IMG/VR virus record: IMGVR_UViG_3300028392_000061
Origin: an uncultured virus (IMG/VR IMGVR_UViG_3300028392_000061)
Lineage: Duplodnaviria > Heunggongvirae > Uroviricota > Caudoviricetes
Length of the DNA: 20,000 nt
Direction: 5' to 3' (one strand)
Shown here: positions 17,227-20,000 of the stretch, piece after piece
How the letters are laid out: every line of letters begins with the position of its first letter
How positions within the stretch are numbered: the stretch's first letter is position 1
Position numbers and translations under genes: made by a program
The notes under the pieces: generated by a model
The model's database searches: none
What the model was told of the DNA's origin: nothing
What the model saw: only the letters and a program-made list of their open reading frames with translations

Positions 17227-18102
17227 TTACCAGTAGATTCTTACTTCGCCACGACCACCAGTGCCAGCAGTGCCTAGTGTGGAAGCAGCGCCTCCACCAC
17301 CTCCGCCTGCTCCGCCTTGTCCGCCATTATTCAAAACACCAGTAGCCGTTCCTGCTGGATAACCATTTGAATAACCTGCTTCGGAATATCCAGCACCACC
17401 AGCCCCGCCACCAAAAGTTGTTCCAGTTCCACCAGTTGCGGTTCCACCATTGTAGAAATCACCAGTTCCACCAGCACCGCCTGTACCTGTTCCTGCTGTT
17501 CCCGCTGCACCGCCACCACCAGTAATAAGACCGCGACCACTAGCACCACCAGTTATATTTCCAGTAACAGTTGGAGAACCATTACCACCGCCTGATGAAA
17601 CACCTGCTAAAGCAGTACCACCACTACTCGCATAATTGATACCAGTTGAATTTGCAGTATCAACAGCAGATGCTCCTGTGTAAGAAGTAGTTGAGGCGCG
17701 ACCTGTTGGAGTTGTTGCTCCACCAGCGCCACCGCCAGTTGTTGAGTTCAACCCGCCCGAACCGCCACCAGCAAAAACCATTCCGTAAATACTTGGTAAT
17801 CCGTTAGCACCAGCACCAACAGTTGATGAACCAAGACCACCTGTACCAACAGTTACCGAGTTTGATACATAAGTCCAACCAGCAGAATATCCACCTGCTC
17901 CACCGCCACCACCGCCACCAGTTGTCTGTGTGCTTCCTGCGCCACCACCGCCGATGACGATTGCATAAACTCGATTGATACCAGTTGGGATTATGTCTGC
18001 ACCTGTCAAAGTATAAGTTCCCGTTGCGGTAAAAGTCCGTTGCAGTTTTAGTCCGTAAGGAGTATCAGTAAATGATGAATTGTTATAGATTGATGCGCTC
18101 AT
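17227..18102 (-). CDS. Glycine-rich adhesin-like protein (polyglycine-II type)
   Basis: 291 aa. IPTGINRVYAIVIGGGGAG...GGAGGYS...VTVGTGG...GGRGEVRIYW is the typical phage glycine-rich domain frame. Confidence 0.75.
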   Translation of the reverse strand: MSASIYNNSSFTDTPYGLKLQRTFTATGTYTLTGADIIPTGINRVYAIVIGGGGAGSTQTTGGGGGGGAGGYSAGWTYVSNSVTVGTGGLGSSTVGAGANGLPSIYGMVFAGGGSGGLNSTTGGGAGGATTPTGRASTTSYTGASAVDTANSTGINYASSGGTALAGVSSGGGNGSPTVTGNITGGASGRGLITGGGGAAGTAGTGTGGAGGTGDFYNGGTATGGTGTTFGGGAGGAGYSEAGYSNGYPAGTATGVLNNGGQGGAGGGGGGAASTLGTAGTGGRGEVRIYW

Positions 18103-18111
18103 AGTTATCTC

Positions 18112-19269
18112 CTAGTAAAAAAGGTAAAGTATTCCTGCGCCACCTATTGAAGCAGTACCGCCAGTTGGTGCAGCACCCCCACCACCCCCACCAAGTCCAC
18201 CTGCGCCACCAGCATTTCCTGATGCGTCTCTGCCATTACCTGCAACTCCAGCACCACCACCACCTGCGCCAGCAGTTCCAGTACCAGTTGAACCATTACC
18301 ACCTGTGTAAGTTGTTGATGGGTTTAGAATTGAAATTCCAGTACCACCATTACCGCCTGTTCTGCTTCCAGTAGTTGTACCCGCGTGACCACCGCCACCA
18401 CCAGCAAAACCTGAACCGCCATTACCAGCAGTAGAAGCAGTAGATACTCCGCTTATTCCAGCAGTTCCACCACCACCACCTGAAATTCCATTACCGCCGT
18501 TACCAGCAGTAGAAGAACCACCTGAGCCGTATGTGCCATATCCACAGCCACCATTAGCACCAACACCTCCATTGAGAGATGTTGCAGTTCCATTAGTCCC
18601 ATTTGCCATACCCCAATAATTGCAAGCAATGTTATTCAAATAACCACCATAAGAAGTTATGCCACCACCAGATGAAGGTTGACCGCCTACTGCAATTATA
18701 TTTCCATAGCGCGTATAACCACCGACACCACTAGTAACACCAGCACCAACTATGCAAGATGAACTTGCAAAAGTCCAGCCCCACGAAATCTGTCCAGCAC
18801 AACCTGAACTTCCATTAGCACCAGCAGAACCACCGCCACCAGCGCCAACTGCAATAGCATAAACAAAGTTTATTCCTGCGGGAATTGTTATGGAAATTGC
18901 ACCAGTTTTTTGAGCAATACCGCCTGAAACATAAGTTCCTGTTGCAGCATTTGTTACTGAAAATTGAGTAGATGAAAGCGCAGTTGCACCAGAGCCCGCA
19001 ATAACTGTAGCATTTTGTAAATTATACGCAACTGGGTTTACACCATAAATTGAAACAGTATCACCAGCCGAATAACTATTTGCAGCAGTATAGGTAACAG
19101 TTCCACCCGAAGCAGTCACATTGGTAATATCAGCCATTCCAACACGTTGTTGAAGAAACAAGCCATAAGGCAAGTTGAAGTGTGTATTTGTCCAAGGCGT
19201 GACATTAGAACCAGTCATACCAGTTCGTACTGATGCACCTGCTTGACCTCTGCGATTTGGATTAGCCAT
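18112..19269 (-). CDS. Glycine-rich adhesin-like protein with an inserted beta-barrel domain
   Basis: 385-aa paralogue of 17227..18102 (PYGL.LQ; IP.GIN.VYAI; GWT; terminal GG.G..Y) carrying an extra ~75-aa insertion. Confidence 0.75.
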   Translation of the reverse strand: MANPNRRGQAGASVRTGMTGSNVTPWTNTHFNLPYGLFLQQRVGMADITNVTASGGTVTYTAANSYSAGDTVSIYGVNPVAYNLQNATVIAGSGATALSSTQFSVTNAATGTYVSGGIAQKTGAISITIPAGINFVYAIAVGAGGGGSAGANGSSGCAGQISWGWTFASSSCIVGAGVTSGVGGYTRYGNIIAVGGQPSSGGGITSYGGYLNNIACNYWGMANGTNGTATSLNGGVGANGGCGYGTYGSGGSSTAGNGGNGISGGGGGTAGISGVSTASTAGNGGSGFAGGGGGHAGTTTGSRTGGNGGTGISILNPSTTYTGGNGSTGTGTAGAGGGGAGVAGNGRDASGNAGGAGGLGGGGGGAAPTGGTASIGGAGILYLFY

Positions 19270-19643
19270 TAGGAAATCCTGTTGACATAACCTGAAATTG
19301 TGATGACTGATGCAGTTGCAGCAAAAGCTGCAACTGAGTTTGCACTAGCTGGGCTACCGCCTGTGCCTGTCAATGGCAAGCCAGCAACGATGAGAACATC
19401 GCCTGATTGTGGAGCAAGAGTGATTGGCTTTGCGTGTTGGACTGCGCCTGTGCCACCGAACTGAACTGTGAGCAATACTGGGGATGTGGATGTGTTGTTA
19501 GCGTAGAGCCACACTTCATCAATGACAGATGATGAAGTTCCTGTGGAATGAATAAGTGTACCAGCTGTTCGATCAGTTGCATTAACTGTAATTGGCTGAC
19601 CCTGTGTAGATTGTGAAAGAAGCTGTTTGCTATACGTTGCCAT
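19269..19643 (-). CDS. Small beta-rich virion protein (possible fibre-tip adaptor)
   Basis: 124 aa, GTLIH..DEVWLYANN..LTVQFGG..ITISGYVNRI; TAATG-coupled to the glycine-rich gene. Confidence 0.65.
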   Translation of the reverse strand: MATYSKQLLSQSTQGQPITVNATDRTAGTLIHSTGTSSSVIDEVWLYANNTSTSPVLLTVQFGGTGAVQHAKPITLAPQSGDVLIVAGLPLTGTGGSPASANSVAAFAATASVITISGYVNRIS

Positions 19644-19650
19644 AATTTAT

Positions 19651-19659
19651 ATTATACCA
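19651..19659 (-). promoter_or_regulatory. Putative leaderless promoter (TGGTATAAT-N7-ATG)
   Basis: Perfect extended -10 seven nt before ATG 19643. Confidence 0.65.
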
Positions 19660-19663
19660 TTTC

Positions 19664-20000
19664 CTATCCAAATACCTGCATTGATATTACTGCTTGATCT
19701 GATTCATAGATTGCGTCAGCGCCGTTGGTTCCATTGGTGCCGTTTGTACCGTTGGTTCCGCTAGTACCTTGAAGCCCTTGAGTTCCTTGAATGCTTTGCA
19801 TACCCTGTATACCTTGCACACCCTGTGTGCCAGAACCTGTTAAACCTTGCACACCCTGTGTGCCAGAACCTGTTAAACCTTGCACACCCTGTGTGCCAGA
19901 ACCTGTTAAACCTTGCACACCCTGTGTGCCAGAACCTGTTAAACCTTGCACACCCTGTGTGCCAGAACCTGTTAAACCTTGCACACCCTGTGTGCCAGAA
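19664..20000 (-). CDS. Collagen-like fibre protein, 3' end (starts beyond the right edge)
   Basis: Open frame to the window edge. G-X-Q and GTN repeats ending ADAIYESDQAVISMQVFG*. Confidence 0.8.
   Translation of the reverse strand, partial: SGTQGVQGLTGSGTQGVQGLTGSGTQGVQGLTGSGTQGVQGLTGSGTQGVQGLTGSGTQGVQGIQGMQSIQGTQGLQGTSGTNGTNGTNGTNGADAIYESDQAVISMQVFG
19811..20000. repeat. Perfect 33-bp tandem repeat (5 full copies plus a partial copy, truncated by the edge)
   Basis: Unit ccttgcacaccctgtgtgccagaacctgttaaa at 19812, 19845, 19878, 19911, 19944 and 19977; encodes GVQGLTGSGTQ. Confidence 0.95.

Noticed and set aside
221..18374. All plus-strand ORFs in the track and short alternate-frame minus ORFs (e.g. 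7118..7453, 7683..8006, 14791..15099, 14986..15321)
   Set aside because: They are shadows of well-supported minus-strand genes, with no recognisable motifs or initiation signals.
19811..20000. 33-bp repeats as a CRISPR array
   Set aside because: Units are head-to-tail with no spacers and are in-frame coding sequence.
1..20000. Stop-codon reassignment, introns/inteins, tRNA genes
   Set aside because: Genes tile the minus strand compactly in the standard code with expected sizes. No gap is large or structured enough for an RNA gene, and no intein motifs were seen.

Overview
The window is a single minus-strand virion morphogenesis module of a large, AT-rich, long-tailed (siphovirus-type) dsDNA phage. 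Gene order and protein features resemble large actinophages such as Streptomyces cluster BE/BK-like and freshwater actinophages; this is recognition, not a database result. In transcription order (right to left) it encodes: a partial collagen-like fibre, a 124-aa protein, two paralogous glycine-rich adhesin-like proteins, a 52-aa zinc-ribbon protein missed by the ORF track, a GH130-like beta-propeller plus TPR pair, a collagen/beta-helix/S74 fibre, a LamG protein, a small protein, portal, protease-scaffold, major capsid, an HeH-like protein, head-tail connectors, tail terminator, major tail protein, tail assembly chaperones and the start of the tape measure gene (also not in the ORF track). 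Sequence-level highlights: (1) a complete -1 frameshift cassette (C CCA AAC, 5-nt spacer, hairpin) in the chaperone gene; (2) an in-frame internal start for a scaffold protein; (3) an identical 26-nt translation-initiation region and matching terminator-plus-promoter layout around the capsid and tail-tube genes; (4) apparently leaderless -10 promoters in front of each accessory cassette; (5) a carbohydrate-active enzyme/TPR cassette between nearly proline-free, Thr-rich collagen fibre genes, a candidate fibre glyco-modification system.
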